From contig DAHXKW010000146.1 of the NCBI GenBank assembly GCA_027366195.1, forward strand, positions 1 through 35,439: a DNA stretch of 35,439 nucleotides, given 5' to 3'. This document shows, in pieces, positions 7,364 to 15,383 of the stretch; the first letter of the stretch is position 1; every line of letters begins with the position of its first letter. The notes under the pieces are model-generated. The model saw nothing but the letters and a program-made list of their open reading frames with translations, made no database searches and had not been told where the DNA came from. The DNA comes from Alphaproteobacteria bacterium. Its GTDB lineage: Bacteria; Pseudomonadota; Alphaproteobacteria; G02398745; G023898745. A program made the position numbers and the translations under genes.

Positions 7364-8709
7364 AATTAGCTACAGCTTTCATTGCTGATCAGAATTACGA
7401 GTCAGCCAGAGACATATTAGAGAAGGAACAAAGAAATACTCACAATGTTTACTTTTTGTCTCTGCTCTACCGTTACTTTAATCAAATGCGTAAAGAGCAG
7501 ACTCTGGTAGAACAGGCAGTATCATTGGGATTAAGTAGTCAATATATTGAGGAACGAAGAAAATATTATAGTTTGCCAATTTTCGAACAACTTGAACCTC
7601 GACAATCCTTAATTTTACCTAAGGATCCAGCCAGAATTGCATCTGCAGGATCTTTGGAACAGCTCTGTATTGTAACGGGGGGTGGTAGCGATAAGCCTTA
7701 TTTTTATTTAATGACCCAACTGTTGGAGTCTTTAGAGGCTTGTCCAACTTATAAAAATGTTAGAAAAGGTATTATCGATTGTGGCTTAACAGATGAAGAT
7801 AAAAATTATTTGCTCAAAAATTTTTCGAATGTGGAAATAAAAACACCAAATTTGAATTTCAAGTTGCCAGACAAGGTCGAGCGTTTTACGCAAAAGGGTA
7901 ATTGGGGAATTTTGGCAAGACCTTTTATGGATAAACTTTTTCCGGGATACCGTTATTACATGTGGCTTGATACAGATTCTTGGGTGCAGGACGAGAGGAG
8001 TCTAGATAATGTGTTATGCGATGCAGAAAACTATAAACTGGGTGTTGTAGCCAGCCATTGTGGACGTGTTTATGCAGGTTCTTTTTGGGAGCGTTGGCAT
8101 AAAACGCCAATTGTGCCTGAATATATGTGGCAATTTTTGCATGATAATCCCTTCCCATTATTAACGGCCTCATGCTTTTGTATTGATGCGAAGAATACCG
8201 ATTTTTTCCCTAAATGGGGTAGATATTTGGAAGATCAAATGGAAAAAAATGGGTTTGATTGGGGCAACGATGAAATTACGTTCAATTATACAGTGCATAA
8301 AGATTTTCAGGTTTCTCGGGTTAATAGTCTTAACTATAACTTTGATTTGGGGGGAAGGGGGTTACCCAGGCTTAAACTAGATGAACCTGATGTTTTATAT
8401 TCAACGCTTGATGAAGAAGTCGTGGGAATCCTTCATTTATGTGGGATGGGATTGCATAAAAGTTATCCCCTTTGGCCGTGTCTTGTGCACCCAAGCTCTT
8501 TCACTGAAGAAGTTTTTCAGGCAAACCGTCAACGTTATCAACAGATTGTTCAGTTTTGTGATGCACATAAAGTTATGCCAGATCAGGTTAATGCAGGTAG
8601 CAATAGTCAAATAACTTCTTGTCATTTTAGAGTTTTCCCTTGGCGTGATAAGCAATCAATAATGAGTGCGTTGAAAAAGGAGGCACAAATATGTCTACAG
8701 AGCAATTAG
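7351..8709 (+). CDS. GT-A/GT8-like DxD transferase-like protein, paralog 3 (452 aa)
   Basis: CIVTGGGSDKPYFYLMTQLLESL...IIDCGLTDEDK...ARPFMDKLFPGYRYYMWLDTDSWVQDE...FRVFPWRDK. SD AAGGAGG lies at 7337-7343. There is a 13 nt overlap with paralog 2. Confidence 0.8.
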   Translation: MSKLKLATAFIADQNYESARDILEKEQRNTHNVYFLSLLYRYFNQMRKEQTLVEQAVSLGLSSQYIEERRKYYSLPIFEQLEPRQSLILPKDPARIASAGSLEQLCIVTGGGSDKPYFYLMTQLLESLEACPTYKNVRKGIIDCGLTDEDKNYLLKNFSNVEIKTPNLNFKLPDKVERFTQKGNWGILARPFMDKLFPGYRYYMWLDTDSWVQDERSLDNVLCDAENYKLGVVASHCGRVYAGSFWERWHKTPIVPEYMWQFLHDNPFPLLTASCFCIDAKNTDFFPKWGRYLEDQMEKNGFDWGNDEITFNYTVHKDFQVSRVNSLNYNFDLGGRGLPRLKLDEPDVLYSTLDEEVVGILHLCGMGLHKSYPLWPCLVHPSSFTEEVFQANRQRYQQIVQFCDAHKVMPDQVNAGSNSQITSCHFRVFPWRDKQSIMSALKKEAQICLQSN

Positions 8710-10037
8710 TTGCGCAATTAATTATTGATAATGAGTGGGATGCGGCTACCCAGATTTTGAGTAAAAGGCTAGAAACATCCAGTCACGTCAAAACACTATC
8801 CTTGCTATATCGATATAACAATCAATTCGAGCAAGAAAAGCAAGTTATCAGCCAGGCGCAAGAGTCGAGTTCGTATATAAAACAAAGGCGGGATTATTTT
8901 AATAAGTCAATTTGGGAACAATTAGAGCCACGTCAAAAGCTTTATATTCCAAAAGATTTTACCAAAGTACCCACTTTGGAAACTTTAGAGCAACTTTGTT
9001 TTGTAACAGCAGCAGGTAGCGACCACCCTTATTTTAGTTTGGTTTGGCAACTTATCGAGTCGCTCAAAAATACGAGTACATATAAGGATATTCCTATTAT
9101 GGTATTTGATGCGGGATTAACCGATGATGATAAGCAGAAGCTTCTATCTACTTTTTCTAACATTACCATCGTAGATCCGGGTTGGGATGTTGAAATAAAT
9201 ATGAACGCCACACGGGTGACACAAGCGGGATTGAAGGGATGTACAGCCCGACCTTATATGGATAAACATTTCCAGGGGTATAGATATTACATGTGGCTTG
9301 ATACGGATGTTTGGATACAAGATGAAAGAGCGTTAGATTCTGTTGTAAAACAAGCTGAAGAAGAGGGTGTGGGATGTGTGCAAGACCATTTATATGATAA
9401 TTGGCAAAATAGTTTTTGGGATATGAATAATCGTGTTAAACCAATAGTTCCTAAAGACTTTAGCAATTTTTTGACAACAAAAAAGACTGTTACGGGAGGA
9501 ACATTTTGTATTGATAAGCAATCTGGTTTTTTTGAAAAGTGGCAAGCTTATTTCAAACTAGCTATCGATGAATGTGGTTTTACGTGGGGGAGTGAGGAAA
9601 TTACTTTCTTATATACTGTCAATAAAATGCTTCCTAAAATTCAGCCCATTAGTCGTGTACATCAATTTTCTGGGTGTAGAAATGGTTTTCCCATTATTCA
9701 TGAAAAAGATCAAATATTATATACACCAGACAGCAATCAAATTATAGGTATTGTGCATTTAACAGGTTTTCTTTCTTTAAAAAATGATCCGTTTATACCT
9801 GTTGTATTGTTACCTAGGGATCAATTTGTACCGGTCAATCACCTAGAACAGAATAAGCAAATTTTTAATCAGTGGTTAGCCGCTCATAAGCAAATGGATA
9901 CTCAGCATCAGATTAATGTGTTTGAGAACACAAAAATGACTTCATTTCATTTCAGGACATACCCATGGAAAGATAAATCAGCAATACGAGAGGAGTTATT
10001 TCAAAACGTCAAAGCTGTCTTGGCTCAAGAGGCGTAG
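8691..10037 (+). CDS. GT-A/GT8-like DxD transferase-like protein, paralog 4 (448 aa)
   Basis: CFVTAAGSDHPYFSLVWQLIESL...VFDAGLTDDDK...ARPYMDKHFQGYRYYMWLDTDVWIQDE...FRTYPWKDK. SD AAGGAGG lies at 8677-8683. There is a 19 nt overlap with paralog 3. Confidence 0.8.
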   Translation: MSTEQLVAQLIIDNEWDAATQILSKRLETSSHVKTLSLLYRYNNQFEQEKQVISQAQESSSYIKQRRDYFNKSIWEQLEPRQKLYIPKDFTKVPTLETLEQLCFVTAAGSDHPYFSLVWQLIESLKNTSTYKDIPIMVFDAGLTDDDKQKLLSTFSNITIVDPGWDVEINMNATRVTQAGLKGCTARPYMDKHFQGYRYYMWLDTDVWIQDERALDSVVKQAEEEGVGCVQDHLYDNWQNSFWDMNNRVKPIVPKDFSNFLTTKKTVTGGTFCIDKQSGFFEKWQAYFKLAIDECGFTWGSEEITFLYTVNKMLPKIQPISRVHQFSGCRNGFPIIHEKDQILYTPDSNQIIGIVHLTGFLSLKNDPFIPVVLLPRDQFVPVNHLEQNKQIFNQWLAAHKQMDTQHQINVFENTKMTSFHFRTYPWKDKSAIREELFQNVKAVLAQEA

Positions 10038-10077
10038 TCCGTATATACTAGGGTATCTATTTGAAAATGATCATTTT

Positions 10078-10380
10078 ATGTTTTCTTTGCTTTATGCAGC
10101 ACCAACCAATCCACTAAATGGCTTGGATATTATGAGATTTTTGCCTTTTATCCTTATTTTCATAGTTTTTTACTTCTTAATTTTCAAACCTCAAAATGAT
10201 AAAGCAAAGCAACAAAAAGAAATGCAAACAGGTTTAAAGGTAGGAGATAAAATTTTACTTAATGGTGGTATATTGGGGAAAGTATCAAAATTAACAGGTG
10301 ATGAAGAGGTCCTTGTTGAGATCGCGGAAGGTGTAAAAGTACGCTGTTTGCGTAGTGCAATAATGGAAAAGAAGTATTGA
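10078..10380 (+). CDS. yajC: Preprotein translocase subunit YajC
   Basis: A single TM segment is followed by FLIFKPQNDKAKQQKEMQTGLKVGDKILLNGGILGKVSKL, the canonical YajC signature (RPQxKRxKexxxmxxxLxxGDxVxTxGGixG). The start may be the ATG at 10132 (MRFLPF...). Confidence 0.85.
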   Translation: MFSLLYAAPTNPLNGLDIMRFLPFILIFIVFYFLIFKPQNDKAKQQKEMQTGLKVGDKILLNGGILGKVSKLTGDEEVLVEIAEGVKVRCLRSAIMEKKY

Positions 10381-10910
10381 AGATATTACGAGTTTTTCTT
10401 TTTATATTTATAGGGTATTATCTCCTTCTTATATTTATTTTTGCTTATCAGGTATATAAGCCGAGTTGTCTTCCGAATCCGCAAAATCCACCTTCGGCCA
10501 TTATTGTGGCTACAGGGCAGGGTGGGAGAATAAAGGCTGGTGAGTGTTTAGCGCAGCAATATCATTGTCCTTTATTTATTTCAGGGGCTGGCTATAAAGT
10601 TAGGGCGGGAGAAATTATAAAAAATTTTAATTTAATCTCACGTGTTTTTTTGGGGTATGATGCTAAAAATACAGAGCAAAATGGTTTGGAAATTACAAAA
10701 TGGGTGAAAGAATTTCAGTTGATGTCGATTGTTGTAGTCAGTCATAACTACCATTTGCCACGTTTGTTGCTGTATTTGCGTCATATTCCTAAATTGATGA
10801 TTTATTTTTATCCTGTACGGGCTCCATTATCCTCATGGCGTTTTATTATGGAAATGCATAAGTATTATTTTGCTTATATAAAAGACATTTTAAAAATCCA
10901 TGCGTTTTAA
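10377..10910 (+). CDS. DUF218 / YdcF-ElyC-SanA family membrane-anchored protein
   Basis: An N-terminal TM helix is followed by IIVATGQGG...LFISGAG...VVVSHNYHLPRLLLYL, resembling the DUF218 vlVTSxxHmxRA block. The TTG start overlaps the yajC stop (TTGA). Confidence 0.55.
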   Translation: MKILRVFLFIFIGYYLLLIFIFAYQVYKPSCLPNPQNPPSAIIVATGQGGRIKAGECLAQQYHCPLFISGAGYKVRAGEIIKNFNLISRVFLGYDAKNTEQNGLEITKWVKEFQLMSIVVVSHNYHLPRLLLYLRHIPKLMIYFYPVRAPLSSWRFIMEMHKYYFAYIKDILKIHAF

Positions 10911-12376
10911 AGCATAAATATCTTTTCGATCCATTTTTTCTCTTCTAGAGTTAATAGCTCAGTAGCAATCAAATTTGTATCAATAGGAGCTTGAGTTAGA
11001 TTCTGGAAGTGATACCAGTCCTCATCTAAAGCTTCTACATAGGCCAAGTTTTCAATGCGTATGCCATAAGCATTAGTTTTATAAAATCCCGGCTCAATAG
11101 ATACGACCATGCCAGGTTGTAACGGTGTAGTGGAAGCCTTCGGGCTTATTGATGGTGGAGACTCATGGACATTTAAACAAGAACCCACACCATGCCCTGT
11201 TCCATGTCCATAGTTGCGGTGTTTACGCCATAAAAATTGTCGGGCCAAGGTATCTAATTGAATTCCAGTTGTGTCTTTGGGGAATACAGCTGTCATAAGT
11301 GCCAAGAAACCTTTGAGTACTAAGGTGAAATTTTCCTTTATCTCAAAAGGAGCTGTATTCGCTTTATAGAGAATTGTTCGTGTAACATCAGTTGTTCCGC
11401 CATAATAATGCCCACCTGAATCAACAAGATAAATATCTCCTGGTGTCAAAGTCCGGTTAGTCTCTGTTTTGGCTCGATAATGTACGATAGCGCCATGATC
11501 GGCCACGGCAGAAATCGTTGGAAAACTTGGAGCGATGAAATCCTTTTGTTCTTTTCGAAAACTAAGCAGTTCCTCTGCCGCACTTATTTCAGTGAAGGTA
11601 TCATTTGTTTCTGATAGCCACGATAAAAATTTTCTGATTGCCAGACCATCTTGTTGATGGGAATTTTTGAAACCTTCTAATTCTATAGGACTTTTACACG
11701 CTTTCATAAGTGTAATAGGGTTAGGCCTTGCTTTTGCATGAGGAAACTTTTGGTATATGGCCAGAGGAGCCATAGAATCTATAACTAAATGTTTCACTTT
11801 TTTGGGCTGTTCATCAACAGAACCATCCGCATAAATAGTGCAATAGTTTTCAATGGCCAAAGAATAGGGTTTATCAAAACTACGAATATTTAAAAGCCAA
11901 GATACTGAATCAGCATCAGTAATTAATAACGCGTCTGCTTTTTCTTTTTCTAAATATTTACATACACGCTGAATTTTAGAGGCTGAGGAATCGGTGTATT
12001 TTTTATATTCAGCAGTTTTGTATACTTGTCTTTTTGGCTTATTTGGCCAGAAACGATCTAACAAATGTTCATAGTGTATATGGGATAATCCCTCTAGTTC
12101 TGACTTTGTCCAAAGCCATGGATCAACTGTGACGTTTACTTCTGGTTTAATAAACGTTTTCCAGTGTTTATAATCATGTATTTTAATATCTTTAAAACAC
12201 TCGTTCTCTGCTTGTAGAGTATAGCGTGAGTCAACAAATAAATGTTTTTCTTGCTGGTCATCTATAATCAAGATTCCAAGAGATCCTGTAAATCCCGTAA
12301 GATGATGCAACAAATTATCCGCTATTTGTGTATATTCAGAACGAAATCTATCCCATGTTGGAATGATGTAATTCAT
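10907..12376 (-). CDS. pepP: Xaa-Pro aminopeptidase (M24B, aminopeptidase P family)
   Basis: HGTGHGVGSCLNVHE, VSIEPGFY and IRIEN are metal-ligand blocks of M24B. The N-terminal creatinase-like region contains LTGFTGSLG...FVDSRYTLQAE. At 489 aa it looks shorter at both ends than typical ~600 aa family members. Confidence 0.88.
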   Translation of the reverse strand: MNYIIPTWDRFRSEYTQIADNLLHHLTGFTGSLGILIIDDQQEKHLFVDSRYTLQAENECFKDIKIHDYKHWKTFIKPEVNVTVDPWLWTKSELEGLSHIHYEHLLDRFWPNKPKRQVYKTAEYKKYTDSSASKIQRVCKYLEKEKADALLITDADSVSWLLNIRSFDKPYSLAIENYCTIYADGSVDEQPKKVKHLVIDSMAPLAIYQKFPHAKARPNPITLMKACKSPIELEGFKNSHQQDGLAIRKFLSWLSETNDTFTEISAAEELLSFRKEQKDFIAPSFPTISAVADHGAIVHYRAKTETNRTLTPGDIYLVDSGGHYYGGTTDVTRTILYKANTAPFEIKENFTLVLKGFLALMTAVFPKDTTGIQLDTLARQFLWRKHRNYGHGTGHGVGSCLNVHESPPSISPKASTTPLQPGMVVSIEPGFYKTNAYGIRIENLAYVEALDEDWYHFQNLTQAPIDTNLIATELLTLEEKKWIEKIFML

Positions 12377-12461
12377 ATTATGCCAGAGAAGATAAGGTAC
12401 TCTGAGGGTTCCATGTTTAAGATGGATGTGTCAAGTTAAGTGCTTTAGGGAAGTTGGAAGA

Positions 12462-12698
12462 TTATTTTTTACGTTTAGGAGCAGGTTTTTTAGAGATAAC
12501 GACAGCTTTAGTTTTATTTTTTGATTGTACTTTTTTTTGATTCAATTGTTTAGATGGAGTTGGTTTGTTCGTGATGCTTTTTTCATCTTCCTTATCATCC
12601 AAATCTGCAGCGCTGGCATTAATGATCATTAAAATTATGAACAATATAACAATGATTCCAATAATTACAAATGACTGCCAGTTCATAAGACTCTCCAT
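12462..12698 (-). CDS. Hypothetical small membrane protein with Lys-rich C-terminal tail (78 aa)
   Basis: It has one clear TM helix (WQSFVIIGIIVILFIILMIINA), then an acidic patch, then a strongly basic tail (KKVQSKNKTKAVVISKKPAPKRKK). Its ATG overlaps the stop of the upstream ORF (TAATG). No family was recognised. Confidence 0.45.
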   Translation of the reverse strand: MESLMNWQSFVIIGIIVILFIILMIINASAADLDDKEDEKSITNKPTPSKQLNQKKVQSKNKTKAVVISKKPAPKRKK

Positions 12699-12991
12699 TA
12701 TTTATTATTACACTGTGTTGATGATACGAGGGTTGGCGCGACAGGTGACATTTGGGTGTTTGCCATGCAACCTGTTTCACATTCTTTTATAATTTCTAGC
12801 CAGGGTGAATCATGGTTTGTGTTATGTAAAACATTTCCAGCAAGTATGTTTAAAACATTTTGGACATGTTGCATGAGCTTATCATCTGTTTTGGACGGGG
12901 TTAAGGCCGTGATCGCTGTAGCAATTGTTACAATTAGGCTTGCTATCTGAAATAGTTGATAAATTGTCTCTTTATCAAATAATCTCTTCAT
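12698..12991 (-). CDS. Hypothetical protein (97 aa) with one hydrophobic helix
   Basis: ORF with the hydrophobic segment LFQIASLIVTIATAITAL followed by TPSKTDDKLM. It is translationally coupled (TAATG) to 12462-12698. No family was recognised with confidence. Confidence 0.45.
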   Translation of the reverse strand: MKRLFDKETIYQLFQIASLIVTIATAITALTPSKTDDKLMQHVQNVLNILAGNVLHNTNHDSPWLEIIKECETGCMANTQMSPVAPTLVSSTQCNNK

Positions 12992-13172
12992 CGCCAGCGC
13001 ATCCAGAATCTTTATAATATTATTATGAATTATATTATAATTAAAGTCAACTTTATTTATATTTTACTTAAATATATTAATAATAAAAATTGACAGATTC
13101 TAAAGGTGCTTTGTTGATATTTTTCAGTTATGCCTCATTGGTTTTGAAAGAAGTCTATTGTAAAGAGTATTT

Positions 13173-13490
13173 TTAAGATGATACTTTGATGCCCAAAATA
13201 CCAATAATGACTAATATAACAAATAAAAACTGTAAGCCATTAATATGTTCACCATACAAAAAGTGGCCGCAAGCAAGCAGGCCAACAGAACCAATCCCAC
13301 CCCAGATAGCATAAGCTAGACCTAGGGGAATCTGTTTTATTGCTTGAGTTAAAAAATAAAGACTCAGGATTGAAAAACCGATCACAAGACTTGTGGCTAT
13401 TGGCTTGCGGAAACCGTTTGAAAATTTCAATCCCACAGCCCAAATAATTTCAGACAAACCAGCTAAAAACAGCATGAACCAAGCGAACAT
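13173..13490 (-). CDS. sugE: SMR family transporter, SugE/Gdx-like (guanidinium/quaternary ammonium exporter)
   Basis: 105 aa with 4 TM segments. MFAWFMLFLAGLSEIIWAVGLKFSNGF aligns with E. coli SugE [26 protein letters not shown], including the conserved membrane Glu. PLGLAYAIWGGIGSVG matches PVGTAYAVWTGIGAVG. Confidence 0.9.
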   Translation of the reverse strand: MFAWFMLFLAGLSEIIWAVGLKFSNGFRKPIATSLVIGFSILSLYFLTQAIKQIPLGLAYAIWGGIGSVGLLACGHFLYGEHINGLQFLFVILVIIGILGIKVSS

Positions 13491-13509
13491 CAGAGTCTGA
13501 TGTGTATTA

Positions 13510-14130
13510 TCATATTCTTATTGTACACTCTAATAAGGTAGAGAAGAAACTATTGCCCATGACAACACCGTCAACGCCGTATTTTTTTAATTCTTCGAAT
13601 CTTTCAAAAGTCACACCACCGTCAACCCAACATTCCCCTTTGTAGTTTTGAGATTTAGCATACATAACCTTTTCCAGATTTTGAGCGAGCATGGCTTGTC
13701 CTGAAAATCCTGGGTATACCGTCATAATAAGTAAACGATCAACTATATGCCAGAAAGGCTTTGTTTCTTCAATCGGATAATCTGGGTGAATAGCGAAGCC
13801 AACTTGTATGTTCGTTTTTTTAATATTTTCGATGTAAGGGATTACATTCGTACAAGCTTCTGGATGAAATATGATAATTCGAGGATTAATTCTTAAATAA
13901 TGATCGAGTAAAATGTCTAAACAATTAATCATCAAATGTAGGTCTAAAGGATAGGATGTATGCATGGCTATGCTGCGAACCAAATCAGGTCCGAATGCCA
14001 AATTAGGAACAAAGTGCCCATCCATAATATCAACATGTAGACCATTAATAGAACATTTATCTAAAACCCTTAACAGTCCATCAAATTTTAGCCAATCAGT
14101 ATATGCCAGTAATGATGGCGTAATTTTCAT
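13510..14130 (-). CDS. rpe: Ribulose-phosphate 3-epimerase
   Basis: The blocks HVDIMDGHFVPNLAFGP, LHLM, PGFSGQ and VDGGV are characteristic of Rpe. The ATG overlaps the ppx stop (TAATG). Confidence 0.9.
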   Translation of the reverse strand: MKITPSLLAYTDWLKFDGLLRVLDKCSINGLHVDIMDGHFVPNLAFGPDLVRSIAMHTSYPLDLHLMINCLDILLDHYLRINPRIIIFHPEACTNVIPYIENIKKTNIQVGFAIHPDYPIEETKPFWHIVDRLLIMTVYPGFSGQAMLAQNLEKVMYAKSQNYKGECWVDGGVTFERFEELKKYGVDGVVMGNSFFSTLLECTIRI

Positions 14131-15212
14131 TATGTTTGACCTTGTGCCTGAGTACGTTTTCCTTGGATCGAAAAGTGAGGGACAACGTGTTTGCGAATTA
14201 AGTCAACGATGATACCTTCTCTGATACCTCGGTCAGCAATAGTGAGTTCTGGAATTTTAAGTGTTTCGAAAATACCTAGTAAAATAGCACCACCCACATT
14301 CATAAGATCTTCTCTTTGTGCGAACTCTGGAGGAATCATCTGCGTTTTATTGCCGTCCAAATTTCGGCACAGGTTTATCATATCTTTGGTATCTACACGC
14401 AAACCATCGATGCGACGTCTATCGTAAGTTTCAAGCCCTAAATGTAAAGCGCCAAAAGTAGTTACGGTCCCTGATGAGCCAATCATTTGAATTTGATCAA
14501 TTAAGCTATCAATATTATTTTTGGCAGAAAAATGTTTAATATCTTGAGTAATTTTTTCATAGATGTAGCCAAAAATTTGTTCTGAAGAAGCGTAACCGAT
14601 GAGATTGTCATTGACAGTTACAACGCCATAGGGAAGAGAAATTGCATCTAAAATTTCATAAAATGGTTCAAACAAATAAGAATGTCTAAATTCCGGATGA
14701 AGGCGAGCCCATATGATTTCTGTGCTGCCCCCACCTATGTCAAAAATAAGAGCGTATGGTTTTCGCCAATTAAGCATTTCACAGCATCCTAAAAGTGCCA
14801 ATTCTGCTTCTTCAGGGCCGGTAATGATATCGACGGACAAATTAAAAGCATTGCGTACAGCACGTACAAGTTCTCCAGCATTTTGAGCTTTTCGGCAAGC
14901 TTCTGTAGCAACAAGGCGCATATGGTTTACGCGATAGTAACAGATTTTTTTATAGCAGATGTGTAAGGCATCAAGTGTTCTTTGAATGGCGGCTTGATCT
15001 AGAGTTCCTGTTTTGGTCAAACCATCCCCTAATTTTACAATTCTACAAAACGAATCAATCGATTTCCAAGTAATAGGAAGTGTGTTGAATTTAAGGTAAG
15101 AACGTTTCTGAGGATTGATAAATACACGGGAAACAAGAAGGCGACAGGAATTGGTGCCAATATCAATTGCCGCCATATTCATAACCCGCTCACCGCTATA
15201 GCGATATTGCAT
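14130..15212 (-). CDS. Ppx/GppA family phosphatase (exopolyphosphatase / pppGpp phosphohydrolase-like)
   Basis: AAIDIGTNSCRLLV (ASKHA phosphate-1 motif), VATEACRKAQN and IFDIGGGSTE are typical of the Ppx-GppA N-terminal domains. The start may be an internal Met (MNMAAID). Confidence 0.87.
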   Translation of the reverse strand: MQYRYSGERVMNMAAIDIGTNSCRLLVSRVFINPQKRSYLKFNTLPITWKSIDSFCRIVKLGDGLTKTGTLDQAAIQRTLDALHICYKKICYYRVNHMRLVATEACRKAQNAGELVRAVRNAFNLSVDIITGPEEAELALLGCCEMLNWRKPYALIFDIGGGSTEIIWARLHPEFRHSYLFEPFYEILDAISLPYGVVTVNDNLIGYASSEQIFGYIYEKITQDIKHFSAKNNIDSLIDQIQMIGSSGTVTTFGALHLGLETYDRRRIDGLRVDTKDMINLCRNLDGNKTQMIPPEFAQREDLMNVGGAILLGIFETLKIPELTIADRGIREGIIVDLIRKHVVPHFSIQGKRTQAQGQT

Positions 15213-15383
15213 TTATCATTGATTTTATAGGGCCTAGATCATTCTAGCGGTAAATGGATAGAAGATCTATGGAATATTAGGCGTCTGTCAAATAAAAACA
15301 AAAACGAGAAAGTTTTATTTGTTTTTAATTTAATTCATAATATTAATATATAAAACATATTTGTTTTTACATTGGGAGGCATT

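Noticed and set aside
8183-8655. Short ORFs (65, 77, 72 aa) within paralog 3 of the transferase array
   Set aside because: These are alternate-frame or antisense ORFs inside a gene supported by four-way paralog conservation.
10907-12376. Aminopeptidase P as a possible pseudogene, being shorter than typical at both termini
   Set aside because: The reading frame is uninterrupted and all M24 metal-binding blocks are intact. The shortening is consistent with general protein trimming in this compact genome.
15275-15345. AT-rich imperfect hairpin (caaataaaaac...gttttatttg followed by T-run) as a terminator
   Set aside because: It lies between divergently transcribed genes (ppx and the GME-like gene), so no transcript ends there. 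The stem is A/T-only with a bulge. It is more likely promoter-region low complexity.
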